Counted from the whole stretch's first letter, positions 24,727-37,381 are shown. The stretch: DNA of 63,658 nt, filler included, from Olpidium bornovanus S191 (GCA_017911155.1; 30 parts of 30 records of this genome joined end to end with filler, not necessarily neighbours in it), one strand, 5' to 3'. Notes: generated from the sequence alone by a model not told the origin. Translations and numbers: made by a program.

Positions 24727-25102
24727 GGCCGCCTGGTGGCCCTTCCTCCCTCCGCAGGGCTAGTAGTCGCAAAGAGCGCGATGGGAGAGAAGCTGAAAAG
24801 CCGCGGCGCGCTCGGACCGCCCACTCCGCCGCAGACACTGTCGGCCGCGCGAGCGGCCGTGTTTTCCCTGGCCGGCGGCTTTCTCCTTTTTGCCGAGCGG
24901 CGTAAGGGGAAGGGGAGTGTGGGGGCGTGTGTCGTTGGAGGTGTGGGTGGAGGTCTGAGGATGTGGGGAAGGGGTGGGGGAAGGGGGCGGTTTCGCGCTC
25001 GCCGGGTTTCTCTTTTCTCTTCTCTCTCAACCCGGCCGGAGCGAGAGAGAAAAAGTTGGGGGGAAGGGCCCGAGGCGGGGAGGAGGGGGGGGGGGGGGGG
25101 GG

Positions 25103-25154
<52 letters not shown>

Positions 25155-25463
25155 NNNNNNNNNNNNNNNNNNNNNNNNNNNNNNNNNNNNNNNNNNNNTT
25201 AATTAATTAANNNNNNNNNNNNNNNNNNNNNNNNNNNNNNNNNNNNNNNNNNNNCATGCATCTGATGAAGAATTCTATTTTACGATATTGCCGTGGTGTG
25301 CAAAAAAAATCATTATATCGAAAATGGCAAGTTCAGGATGGGGCAGTTGGTTCCATAACAACTACCCCATTTATTATCCAAGAAATTTTATTCATCGTCT
25401 ACACGCGCCGTCTCGCAATGGTAGCCTTCAGATGCTTCGCTGCCGCAACAACTAGACAAAACA

Positions 25464-26073
25464 TGTGCTGTGGCACGGCCCTCGAACCGCCCGTCGACCG
25501 ACGCCACAGAAGCCGGGCAGCGGGCGAAGGACGGCGGACGAAGGGCAAAGGGCGACAGGCGGTCGAAGGGCGGAGGCGGAGGCGGGATCGAGGGCAGGAC
25601 GGCCCCCGAACCCGGGGGCCAACCAATAGAATAATCCCCCTCGAAACCCGCCAATCGAAGAGCTCGCCCCCTTTCCTCCCCGCCAATCGAAGAGCTTTCC
25701 CCTTCCCTCCGACGCCACACGCGGGAACCCCCGCCAACCATCACCCCCCCCCTCAGACTGCCCCCGCGCCCCACCGCACGCAACCGTACGAGAGCTCAGA
25801 GCCCGCGTGGTAACCGCGACCGCGCGGGAAGGGACCGGACACACCGCGTCGACAGACGCGACGTCGAAGGACGGCTGTGCCGTTGACCTGCCTTCCGCTC
25901 GATGTCGACGGGCATAAATAGCGTCCCTTCCGCTCCGTAGCTCGACTTTGAACCTAGCTTAACAAAGACAACTCTTCCCTTTTAACTGCACTGTCAGCCC
26001 TCGTCACCATACCTGTAGCACCGTCCCAGACCTGACGAGGAGAGGAATAGACGCTTAACCTTGCCGCAGTACA
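25464..26073 (+). mobile_element. Solo LTR (610 bp) with 5-bp target-site duplication AAACA
   Basis: Termini TGTGCTGTGG...CCGCAGTACA form an 8/10 inverted repeat. AAACA lies at 25459-25463 and 26074-26078. Internal CCAAT boxes at 25623, 25651, 25683 and TATA-like CATAAATA at 25913. The 3' part recurs at 61262-61370. Confidence 0.88.
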
Positions 26074-26459
26074 AAACATCATCCTCTTGCTTTTCTTTTC
26101 TGTTTACTTGCCTAATATCGAAGTAGGGGCTGTCTGTCCATCGGCAAACTTTTTCTACCATACATTGCTGTGTGTCAAAAAATTCACAAATTTTTGGCAA
26201 CAGTGTTGTACATGACAGTGCCGGTTAATACAAGCAAAAAGAAACAGCGTTTAATATGTCTGACATATATTAATCTAACAAGAGAATAAAAATACCGCCT
26301 AAAATGCGTCCGTGTAAAAGCTGCAATGAGCCGATACCATACATGAAGTGTCGAGTGCGTTGTTTCGAATGTCACCAAAAACATTTAGCATTGAACCCGC
26401 CTAAAAAATTTATCAAAGTCCGTTACGAGGCACTAGGAGTGGAAGGGTAGTTGCGACGG

Positions 26460-27497
26460 GGTCGCAACCGCGTCAGAATAAAAATATATTATATTTTAAG
26501 AATTAAAGTTTAGTATATATAAGCCCCAAATCTTCTCGAAGTTTCTGTTTGCTCAATCCTTTGTTTAGATATGTCGCTCTACGCCGTACATATATATATG
26601 GTAGAATTACGAGCTCGAATAAAAACGCCACCCGGCGGAATTCCCAAACACAAGCAAAAGGTTATGAGCCCAAGGGCGCCCTGCCCGTAAACGCTCCCCG
26701 CTCCCGAAGAGCCTTCCTCTGCGCTCCCGACGAGCGCACCTCCACCCCCGCTCCCGACGAGCGCACCTCCACCCCCACTCCCGACGAGAGCAAACGAGAA
26801 CACGCGCTCCGCTCCCGAAGACCGCAGCAACCATCTTTCGCGAAGACCGCCGTCGCGCCATCCTCTGCGCCGCCGCGCAGCAACCCGCCGCCGCGCGCCC
26901 GCCGCCTCCTGCGCCGCTGCGCACCTCTGCGCCGCTGCGCAACCGCCATCCCCTCTGCGCCGCGCTCCCGAAGAGCGCGCGACCGCCATCTCTGCGCCGC
27001 CGCGCAACCGCCATCTCCTTTTCGCCCGCCGCGCAACCGCCGTCTCTGCGCCGCCGCGCAACCGCCATCTGCGCCGCCGCCCAGCCGCCATCTGCGCCGC
27101 CGCGCAACCGCCATCTGCGCCGCCGCGCAACCGCCATCTGCGCCGCCGCGCAACCGCCATCTGCGCCTCCGCACAACTGCCAACCTCACCGACAGGCTCA
27201 CCGCCGCCGCCGCGGCACCTGTCCTTCATCTCGTGACCACCATGACCAGAGACGAAGCTTCCGACGCCGCCGCTGCGGCAGGCCGAGCCCCGTCTACCGT
27301 CCGTACTGGAGCGGAGGTGAGTGCCACTCCGTTGACTACGCACCTTTTTGCTGAGGCTGGCCACGCCGGAGAGAACAAAAAACAAACCAACGCGCCGGAA
27401 GGCGCAGCAAGGAGAGGCACCGTCTCTGCGATTGCCACTGAGAGTGACCGCGCTGCCATGCTCGAAGCACGACTAGAGGCACTAACCAGAGAACGGG
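26460..27497 (+). mobile_element. Probable Ty1/copia 5' end: AT-rich LTR-like segment, half-tRNAiMet PBS, GC-rich leader; left boundary approximate
   Basis: GGTTATGAGCCC at 26660-26671 is the complement of the fungal initiator tRNA-Met anticodon arm. It is preceded by TATATATAAG (about 26515) and AATAAA (about 26618), and followed by a repeat-rich leader and an open frame (MTRDEAS...) running off the contig. Confidence 0.65.
27051..27165. repeat. 23-bp minisatellite, 5 near-perfect units plus degenerate flanking units
   Basis: Unit CCGCCGCGCAACCGCCATCTGCG at 27051, 27074 (variant), 27097, 27120, 27143. Confidence 0.92.
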
Positions 27498-27597
27498 NNN
27501 NNNNNNNNNNNNNNNNNNNNNNNNNNNNNNNNNNNNNNNNNTTAATTAATTAANNNNNNNNNNNNNNNNNNNNNNNNNNNNNNNNNNNNNNNNNNNN

Positions 27598-29222
27598 CAT
27601 GCATCAATAACAAAACGTGCCGCCGTCCCACCTCGTCCAAGTTAAGCTTCAGCTTCTTCCGCTCCCCTTCGTCGAAAATAGCATTCTCCGTGCTCTCTGC
27701 GAGCTCGTCGTGCTTCACCTTTTTGTCCTCGTCGATGATTGAAGTCATTGTCTCGACGAACTTGTGCTTCATTAGGCGCGATGCGACGTGCGCGGACGTT
27801 TGAATCAAACGCTGCAGAAGAGTTTTGCGGGCGAAGAGAAGAGGGTTCAATCCCGAACAACAGGGTCAGCGGTAAACGAGGCCCGGATGCCGCCGGAATA
27901 ATTACAAAAAAACGACGCAATTGGACTTCTCGTCCGGCTGCAAAAACGCACGAGCTCATCTCCGTCTTTAACGGCGAGGACGGTTGATACACCCGGAGTC
28001 ACGTCGACCTCGTCGAAATTGGCGCTATTACCACGTATGAAGGATCCCCACTCCTCGAAAAACTTGCCGGCATATTTGTCTTTGGGCAGAACGCCAACGT
28101 GTTTCTACGAAAACGGTGATGAAGCACAAAAAGTGCCTTGTCATGCGAAGGGACAAAACCGAAGATTCCACTCGTTTCGCGTATCATCCTTCAGGCTCCA
28201 AAAATCTTTCTTCTTCGTTTCCCGCGCTTCGAAAACATCAACGGGTGATTCCCCCCCAAAGCAATTCTCGGTCGCAGGTGCGCGAAACTGCTCTCAACTC
28301 CAGGCCGAAGCGGGGCGTCGAGTTCCACCTACGCCGTCGAAACTGGAGCTAATCGCCTGCGAAAGCTGGTCGAACAGCTGGGCGTTGTGCTGCGGATCCT
28401 TTGTCCCGACAAGAACTTCGATTGGCACGCCCTCGGCAGTCTTCAGGTCCTCCAGCACTTTCGCTGGGAAACAAAGAGCGGCGCAACCAAAGCGCGACCG
28501 TGGTTAACAAAATTCTTCGTCGATCACAGACGCAAGCCGGCCGCGTACGTCCGGCCGCGTACGCGCGCCTCGGCGTTACCTTTCTTTGCGCTCGTCATGA
28601 AGTACACCTTGTCTTGGGTGAATATAATAATCGTTTTGGGAAACTCGTACCCGAGAAGCCATGTCTGATTCGCGCAGACACCCAAAGCATCAACTGCCGT
28701 ACAGTCTGCGCTGGGCCAGCGGACAGCCCGGCAGCAGGTCGCGCGCAAAGCAGCGGACGCGCGCCGATCGAGGCGCAAGCGCAGGACGCACCTGCACCGC
28801 GTTCGTTTTGATGTATATCGCGCTGTCGCTCGTGTCGCCGGCGACGAACGCGACGACGTCTGCACCGTTGTATTCTTCGGGCGCGGCTTCCCTGCTTGCC
28901 TGCGGGGCAGGGCCGTTTGCCGAAGCGGGATCGAGCGCGCTTGTGTGTCAGCCGGCGCCGCCGATCGCGCGGCGTAGCGCGGAGGGCGCCCTTCTCTTGT
29001 GCACCCAGAGCGGCGACGCCCTTGCTCAAGGCCGGGCCGTAGCACGCTCTGCCCCGGAGACTGCCTGACGCTCAGCCGTCTGCCTGGCTGCGGGTGCGCG
29101 CGGTGGGGAAGAAGCCCTGTGCGCGGGCGGGCGGGCGGGCGGGGCCGTACCTTCCAGTGCTTGAGAAGGGCGGCGGCCCTCTTGTGGAAGGACTTTGGGT
29201 CCAGCTGTATTTCGTTGGCCAT
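27598..29222 (-). CDS. SPT16: FACT complex subunit Spt16, N-terminal part (spliced, 3' truncated)
   Basis: MANEIQLDPKSFHKRAAALLKHWK, QTWLLGYEFPKTIIIFTQDKVYFMTSAKK, KHKFVETMTSIIDEDKKVKHDELAESTENAI. Confidence 0.93.
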
Positions 29223-29324
29223 GGCGGGGGGTAAAAGTCGCGGCGCGAGAGAAGCGGAGAAAGCGGGCGGGGGCGGGGAAAGGGCAGGGAAAGGGCGGCG
29301 CGCGGCCGCGGCCGAACTGGGGGT

Positions 29325-29417
<93 letters not shown>

Positions 29418-30175
29418 GNNNNNNNNNNNNNNNNNNNNNNNNNNNNNNNNNNNNNNNNNNNNTTAATTAATTAANNNNNNNNNNNNNNNNNNNNNNNNNN
29501 NNNNNNNNNNNNNNNNNNACATTCCCCCCCCCCCGCCCGATCAGGGATCTACGATCGGGAGCAAATATGATGGTCCGTTTGGTCGCCCCGTTTTGAGGGA
29601 GCTTCCGTCCACTTCACAATCTGGGACATCGGAGAGGTGCAGGGGGACGCAGGATTGTCCTGCGACGGGGCGCGCCGATGGGGCTCCAGTTTTGCTGGCT
29701 GCGGAGGATTCAGCGGGGACACGCCCCAAAAGCGGGACGGCCCCGGACGGCGGGGAGATGCCTCGGCAGCGGCGGGCACAACGGCACAGACACCACGGAT
29801 TCACCAGGCACTCAGACACCACGGATTCACCAGGCACTCTGAAAGGCACATGTAGCGCCAAAATTCCACATCTATCACGCCGAGAAATGACACATGTTTT
29901 GAATAACATAACTTCACGTCGTCTTCCAGGTGAATTGCCAAGGGTCAACCCCCTGGCGCCGCCGCCGAGAGGCAGCAAAGCTCACAGAGGCGCGGCGAAT
30001 TCGCGAGGACGTGCGTACTGTCGAGATTCCACAAAGATTTCGCAAGGGGTTCGCGGCCCGTCGCGCCTCCAGAGCCGCGCGGCGCATTCCGGTTCGTGTT
30101 CCGTCAAAGCCGCCGCCTTCCCCGTTTGTACTCACTGCTCCCGCCCGCACATCGTTTCAAAAACGTGGGGGGAGG

Positions 30176-30212
<37 letters not shown>

Positions 30213-30274
30213 GCGGCCCAACGAAACGGAACGCAAACGCGTGAAGGAAAAAAAAAAAGCGGAAAAAAGAAACC

Positions 30275-31172
30275 ATGTCGTCCGGGTGGCGCAAGGCCGG
30301 CATCACGTAAGCCTTGCTCCAACGGTGGCCCTCCCTGCCCCCCCTTCCCCCCAACCATATTCTCTCGCCCAGCTGGAGACGTTTTCCACAGGGAGGAACG
30401 CTTCCGCTTCCCGATCCCGTGAAGGAGGGGGGGGTGGGGGAGGAGGAGGGCGGAGGCGCTTTCCTCCCCGTCGTTTCCTTCCCACCGCGTACTTTTCCTC
30501 GCCGCAACCCGCCCACGTGGCACCATGCGCGCACAATCCCCCGAAGGACGGACCCGCACGCCGGTCGCGGGCTCCGGGAATTCCGAAAAAGCACCCGGCT
30601 TCCGAAGTGGATGCGCAACTTGGCGAACCGTTTGCGCACGCGCGGGGCCCACCCGAGGTTGGGGCGCGAACAGAGTCTGCGGCGGCGTTACTGGTGCGAC
30701 CTGCTTGGCCTCCACGTCGGCCGCGGTCTGCCTGACTACGGGACAGGGGGCGGGGGACGAACGGAGCCGTTTTCTCTCGCTTCTCGGCGCGTTGTCTTTT
30801 ACCGCCTCCGCGCAGGCGTTGCTGAGCGCGGCGTTCCGCTGCGGGAAGTTCGGCGCGGGCCGCGAACCCCCCCCTTCCCCCCCTCCGGCCGCTTGCGTCG
30901 GGCACCCGACCGTGCGCGCGTTTTTTGGAGAGCGAAACAGGTTTTCCCTTTCGTCTTTGCGGTAGAGCCGTCTGCTGATGCGCGGCCTGTTTTTTTTTTC
31001 TTTTTCCTTTTCTTTTCATCCCCTGGTCTGAACAAGTTACCTGCAGTACGTGACCATTGCCAGTCGTGCTGTGCGGAACGCCCTGAAGGAAGATGCTCGG
31101 GCCGTCGCCCAGCGCAGGGACGAGCAGAGCCTGAAGTTTGCCAAGTGGGAGGCAGGGAGTCAAGGCGAGCTC
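30275..31172 (+). CDS. ATP15: Mitochondrial ATP synthase F1 epsilon subunit (final exon not resolved)
   Basis: Exon 1 30275-30306 MSSGWRKAGIT, intron 30307-31036 (GTAAG...CTGAACAAG), exon 2 YLQYVTIASRAVRNALKEDARAVAQRRDEQSLKFAKWEAGSQGEL, then a GTGAGT donor. Confidence 0.92.
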
Positions 31173-33547
31173 GTGAGTTACCGCTGCGTCTCGCCAGCTT
31201 TTCCTCTGGCCGAAATCGTGCACTCCCAAAGGAGGTGGAAGATACCGTCGTCGTAATCGGATTGGGCCTGACTGACGGTTTCGTCCCTTTCATCTTTTAC
31301 TGTGAAAAAGAAACCGCTGACGGCCGAGCCAGATCAAAAGGCGCCGCAATCTCACTAGTGGACAGGGGCCAACTTTTTCCAGACGATGCACGCAGCGGAA
31401 CGCTAATAACAGGGAAAAAATGATAGATAAGGGGCCGAGAAGAAGGTTGTTGAAGACACCAGCGTCAGGNNNNNNNNNNNNNNNNNNNNNNNNNNNNNNN
31501 NNNNNNNNNNNNNTTAATTAATTAANNNNNNNNNNNNNNNNNNNNNNNNNNNNNNNNNNNNNNNNNNNNCATGTTCTTGGCCGAAAGAGCAAAGACGCTT
31601 TTCTTAGCACGCCGAGAGCGGCAAGTCGCGGGAAAAAAAAACAAGCAGCGCTGTTCGGGCCGGAGATTGCGCGTGTTGTGCCGGGGTTTTTCTTTCTGAG
31701 TTTATGTATTTCTTTGCGACCAACCGAATGCGTGAACGCGAAGACGCATTTGCGGATTGCGGTCTTCGCATAATAAAACCGAAGCTAAATGCTGCGCGCG
31801 CCAGCCTGAAACGCGAAGACCTTTTTTTTTGCTCGGCGTTTTTCGCGCGGAAAGTGACAAATGTCATTATCTGGTTAGATGTGGTAATAGTTGGCGTATG
31901 ATTGATGCATAGACCCGTACCAGCATCGATATCATAGTTGTCGAAAGCTGTAATGTTGGTTTTGCGCTCCCCTCCCCCTCCCTCCTTGTCGGTTTCATAG
32001 CAGCGACCTTATATAACAGCTGCTGAGACAGTACGTTGAAAACGCGGTTAGATTCACTCTCTTGCTTATACCAACAAGGCAAGTACCTATAACATAGGCG
32101 TAGAAATTTCTGTCCCGCGTGGTTCGGGGCGGCCGTGTGTGGATCTCTCTCCTTGCGGAGACTGCGCGGGCGGCGCGCGAGGAACGCGGCTGCAGGAGTT
32201 TTGCTCTCGGGGCGGTCGGAAAGGCTTCTTCGGGCAGCGCGCGAGAGGACCGTCGTCTTTTGGCTCTCCTCCCGTCCGAACGATTTTTCCGGCCCCGCCG
32301 CCCTTTTTGCGCAGGGCGCGTCGAGCAGGGGGGTGTGGTGGGGTGGGGGGAGAACTTGGTCTCGCGTTCTGCTGGGTGGGGCGGTGAGTCGACGGACGGA
32401 TGTCCAAGGTCCCCCGGTAAGCTTGGCGCGGCAAAGTTTCGCGAGGGGGGAGGTCTCGGCGGCGGAGGAGGATTTGCGCCCCGGCGGCGGTTTCCACGCG
32501 CCGCGGAAGTCGCCAAGCGCTTCTTTGTTCCCCCCCGCCTCGTTTTTGCGGGCCCCGCCAAGGGCGCGCGCCTTTTTTCCTCCCTCCAACTCAAGACTGC
32601 CGCCGCCGCCCGCCGCCGCCCGCTCCTGCCGGCCCCGTCAAACGACCGCCCGGGACCTGCGCCGAAGAAAAAACCGCTGCGGAGTTTTTTTTTTTCTCGC
32701 CCGCGCCCGAGGAGAGAAGCCGCTGCCGGGACGGGGCAAACCCCCCCCCCCCCCCCCCCCCCCGGCCCCCGCCTCCCTTAAAACTCTCTCCCGGCCTGAG
32801 AAAACAAAAAAAGGGCGAAAAATCGCGGCGGCCCCGCGCCTTCGCGGCGCCTTGTCTGTGAAGAATAAAAACCGGCGCGGAAAGCCAAAAAAAAAAAAAA
32901 AACAAAAAAAAATATATANNNNNNNNNNNNNNNNNNNNNNNNNNNNNNNNNNNNNNNNNNNNTTAATTAATTAANNNNNNNNNNNNNNNNNNNNNNNNNN
33001 NNNNNNNNNNNNNNNNNNCATGACCGCGAGCTCGCTGGCGTGATTGCGGCTGGTCGTTGCTTGACATTGCTGTCCGAAGCTTCCGCAACTTTTTTCGAAA
33101 CTGGATGTGGACGCCGAATCATCTCAGCTATTGCAAGCTTCGGGCAGGACCCCGCACCGCTCTCCGTCGGCGTCGTCGCGCCTCTCCAGTGTCTCACCAC
33201 TGGGGTTCTCCGGGTCTTTCTGGCCAGATCCAGAAGTTGGTCCTGCCGTTGGAACTAACTATCAACATCCACGTCGAGCCTGGTCACGGATCAGGTCGCC
33301 GAACGGAGGCGCTGACCGACCGGCAAGCGAGGGCGCGGGCGAGAGCGAGAAAACACTTCGTGGGGCGTTGGGCTGGTGTTTGGGGGGTGCTCCCGGCCAG
33401 CGGAGACGGCTCCGGCGGTGGCGGCGGCGGCGCGCATTGACGAAACGATTGCCGGCGGTAAGAGGCAAGAGGGATCGGATCGGGCATATCTCTTATCAAA
33501 AGAACACGAAGGAAAACGAGAGGAAAGAGAAGCAACAGGCCAACGAC

Positions 33548-35840
33548 ATGGCGGGGGTCGACTCACAGAGAAACGACCAAAGCTCGATTGGCGTGTCCGG
33601 ACTAAACGCCCGCAGTAAGCGTTGTGTGCAGCCCATGGCGCCCCTCTCCCCTTTTCCCTCCCCAAGGCCCGCCTCGTCTGCCCGGGCGTCGTTTCGAAAG
33701 GCTTCTCGGTGCATTAAACGTCTCACTTGCTGGCTCGAATCGCCAAACCTGCCTCGTTCGGAAAACGACCGTCCCGAAATCCCGACTTCTTCGGCCTCCC
33801 GCCGCTCGGCCTCGTCTCTCGTGACGCAGCTTCGAAAAGGTTGCTGAAAAATTTCAACCCGCACGCGCCGCCAGCGCCGTCGATCGTCCTGCAGCCGCTG
33901 AACGACTCGTTCGCCGTCAAGAGGCTCGATCTCCTCGAACCGCTCAAGATCGGGCGGCAGGTCGGCGCTAAGTCGGCTCCGACGGGGACAAACGGGTACT
34001 TCGATTCGAAAGTGTTGTCGAGAGTGCACGCAGAGATATGGTCGGACAGCGGAAAGGTGGGCACGAGATGCAAAACCTACGCTTTTCGTTCGCCCGTGGG
34101 ACAGAGAGAACGGAGTCTTTTGACTGTTCCAGCTTATCCAATCCATGTATGATCACCCTCCAAACGTTTACCGGCCCAAGGTTTTCATCAAGGATTTGAA
34201 GTCCTCCAACGGCACGTTTCTCAACTCGCAGCGACTCAGCAGCGAGGGCGAGGAGTCAGAGCCGCACGAACTCCATTCAGGAGACGTCGTCGATTTTGGG
34301 ATTGACATCCTCAACGAGGCCGGCGCCATCCTCTATAAGAAAGTGTCGTCCCGAGTGTCGATAGTCGATATGGAACTTTCGCTGGCGCAGGATGCTTCAG
34401 CTGTTGCACTTGGTGTGCTCACTGGGAGGGACCCGGCGATCGCGTGCGTACCGCGAGTTTGGCCCAACGTAGATGAGAGTATCACACCGTTCACCGTCAG
34501 GCTGTGGGCCAAAGCCTCCCTGCGGTGCTGATAGCTTTTATTGTCGGCCTGCTTCCAGCCCTCCGCCAGTTCCCGAAGGATTTAACGAGGTGAGCAGTGG
34601 AGCAGTCCGATGTGGTGTGATGTTCAGAGAACGTTGTTACATTTGCCGAAGCACTTCTCACACGTATGCGGCCTTTTCGCCCCAGCAAACGATGAGATCT
34701 CTCAACATCGACGCATTGTATGGCAAGCTCCAAACGGATATACGGAAGTCGAAGGAAGCGGCTGCCGATTTGGAACAGGCCAAGCTTGTTCTGGGTAAAA
34801 TTCCCAATCAGACGGTGAGGGTCAGCAAGCGGCACGGAACGCCAGAAATGATTCAATCCCGTTCTGACCGCGTTTTGACGAAAAGGCCGAGGTGAAAGAT
34901 TTGGAAAAGAAACTCGTGGAGGCGACGGAGAAGGTTAACCGCGTGTCGAACGAGTACAACCAGGTGCAGCGCGCGCTGGCCGAGTTCAAGCAGACGGCTG
35001 CAGCAGAGCGGCAAAAGCTAATCGAAGAGAAGAACGGCTTCCGCACCGAGCGAGACCTTGTCACGGGAGAAATCTCGTCGCTGAAAACTCAAATCAGGCA
35101 AATGACAGAAGAGCACGAGGCAGAAATGAAGAAGCTGAGGGAGGAGCCGAAGAAGACGGAAAAGGCCGACAGGTCGAAAGCAGCGGAGTGGGAAGAGGAG
35201 GAGGATGTGTTGAAATCCAAAGTAGCAGAGCTGTCGGAAAACCTTGAAAAGGCCCACTCCCAGTCGAAGGAGGGCGGGCAGAAAGCCGGCAAGTGGAAGC
35301 GACAAGTTGCCGGGGCGAGAGAGTCGGCGACAACGGCAGAGGACGAGAAAGCGGTGCGGGCATTCCAGAAGAAGGAGGCGGAGTGGACGGCGCAGTTGGC
35401 GGAGTTTGAGGAACGACTGGCCCGTATCCAGGAGAAGAACGAGGAGCTCGGGGTGCGCAACAATGCGTTAAAGAGTCAGATTACGACTTTAGAAAGGGCA
35501 AGGGCTTCCCACGAGGATTCGGCGGGGATCGACAAAGGTGCACCCGCAGCTGGGGTAAGCAGGACACCGAAGGCGAAGGCCGGCCCGGGCCCGCGCTCCG
35601 AAGGAATCTTTGGATTGGTGAGTTTGGGTTTAGAACGCGCGTTCTACCGCTTACGATTATGCATATACCTCTCCTGCTCCCCCGCTGTTCCTAAAATTCT
35701 TGCTTTATGCTACTCGTTCCTTTATGCTTCAGATTTTCGGCGACCGGCCGCTGTCCCTTCCAGTAATCGGCATATCAGTAGCCGTCGGCGCATTCGGCAT
35801 GTGGGCATTCGGATTGCTGTCGAAGCCAGTCGCGGGGTAG
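33548..35840 (+). CDS. VPS64: FHA-domain, coiled-coil, tail-anchored protein (Vps64/Far9/SLMAP-like STRIPAK subunit); start uncertain
   Basis: LKIGRQVGAKSAPTGTNGYFDSKVLSRVHAEIWSDSGK|VFIKDLKSSNGTFLN...GDVVDFGIDI, a long coiled coil, and a last exon 35733-35840 encoding the hydrophobic tail LPVIGISVAVGAFGMWAFGLL. Confidence 0.85.
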
Positions 35841-36527
35841 TCAATCAAGCCAAGCGCCGCCTGCACCGCTGGGCTTGCCGTGCGAGGGGAATTTTGATTG
35901 GGCGGGAGGACGAGCAGTGATGCTCCTGCACGATCAATTGGCAGACTTTCTGGAACCCAGTTTGAAGCTGCCCGTAGGCCTCCGTCCTGCTCCTAAATTA
36001 TTTTCCCGTCTTTTTTTTAATTATAAAACTTTTTCGGAACTCGGCATTTGAGGCGTTGGCGTCAGACCCAGTAGCCCAGGTAGTCCACGATGGCTGCGCA
36101 GAGACAATAGGCCGACTGGACGGACTACTCGGGCGGACGTCAATAATCCACGTCTGGCCGATCTACGTAGTGCAGGGTGCCGCGGGAAGATCGCATGATG
36201 CTTGCTTTGAACCGTGTACACCTGCAGGAATCTCTTTTTGCCCGTTGTAAGCGCTATGTGCGTGGGTGGCCGCGGAGTACGCACGCAGGATCGAGGGCTG
36301 GCGGAGTCTTGTTGACGCTTTGAGCGGCGGAACCGCCGTCCTGCCGGGTCTTCGTGGCGACGCCGGGCGGGAGGGTGAGGGGTAAAGGGGGGGGGGCCTG
36401 GGGGGAAAACCACTGCCTCCGGTCGCCGCACGGACCGGATCGTCCGGACCAAACCTTTTGTCAGCCGACGCGGAGGACCACCAAACGACAAGTGCCCTTC
36501 CTCCCTTGTCCCGCCCTCCGCAGCGAT

Positions 36528-37381
36528 ATGGCGAGCGACTCCGGATCTGACTTCGAAGTGGAAATGCGGCGCGGGGGCGCTGCCTCCTCGGACAAGGCCA
36601 ACGATTTCGGGGCCCCTGCCTCCTCGGACGACGCCAGCGATTTCGAGGTCAGGCCGGCCGCGTCAAGGAAGAAGCCCGCGGCTGCGAAGGTGGGAGAAAC
36701 GCGAAAGCCGTAGCAGAGGAGAACGGACACTCAAACGCCTCCGGTGCGGACGCGTGCCGACCGGAAAGTGCGCGGCCTCGGCGGGAAAACCGGAGCGCCA
36801 CGCTCCTCCGCGGGCCGTCCGTAATTCTGCTGACGTGTTTCCCGCGGTGCTCCCGATCTCACCGAAACAGGTGCGGTCCGCGCCGGGGGCAAAAAAGGCC
36901 GCGGCACCGTCCTCCGACGTTCCAAAGGTCACCAGCCGTAGGGCTCCCGCGGCAAAGAGGAAACCGCTGACGGCTTCTGGTGAGAACACCGCGGACGCGA
37001 ACAGCGCGCCTCCCGGCTACTCCGTTGCTGCCGGGAAAGGACCGGGTGCGCGCAGCGATGACAAGACAATCGAGGAGATCTACCAGAAGAAGACACAGCT
37101 CGAGCACATCCTGCTCCGGCCCGACACGTACATTGGCTCCGTCGAGGCGATCCAGAACTACATGTGGGTGCTGGAGGACGACCACCTGGTCTACCGCGCC
37201 ATATCTTACGTGCCGGGTCTGTACAAGATTTTTGACGAGATCCTCGTTAACGCCGCGGACAATAAGGTGCGCGCTTTGCGTGCAATTGCCGCCAAACGTG
37301 ACCGCGACGAAGAAAAAGTGTGCGCGCAATTTTCGTTACTGAAGTACTTCCCACGCGAAACAGCAACGCGACCCGTCCATG
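36528..37381 (+). CDS. TOP2: DNA topoisomerase II, N-terminus (3' truncated)
   Basis: KTIEEIYQKKTQLEHILLRPDTYIGSVE...YVPGLYKIFDEILVNAADNK. Intron 36690-36870. Confidence 0.97.

Noticed and set aside
29788-29839. Perfect 26-bp tandem duplication AGACACCACGGATTCACCAGGCACTC
   Set aside because: Real, but only two units with no spacer or associated feature; ordinary slippage.
36528-37070. About 118-residue N-terminal extension on TOP2
   Set aside because: Disordered N-terminal extensions are common in fungal Top2 outside budding yeast, so it is not distinctive.
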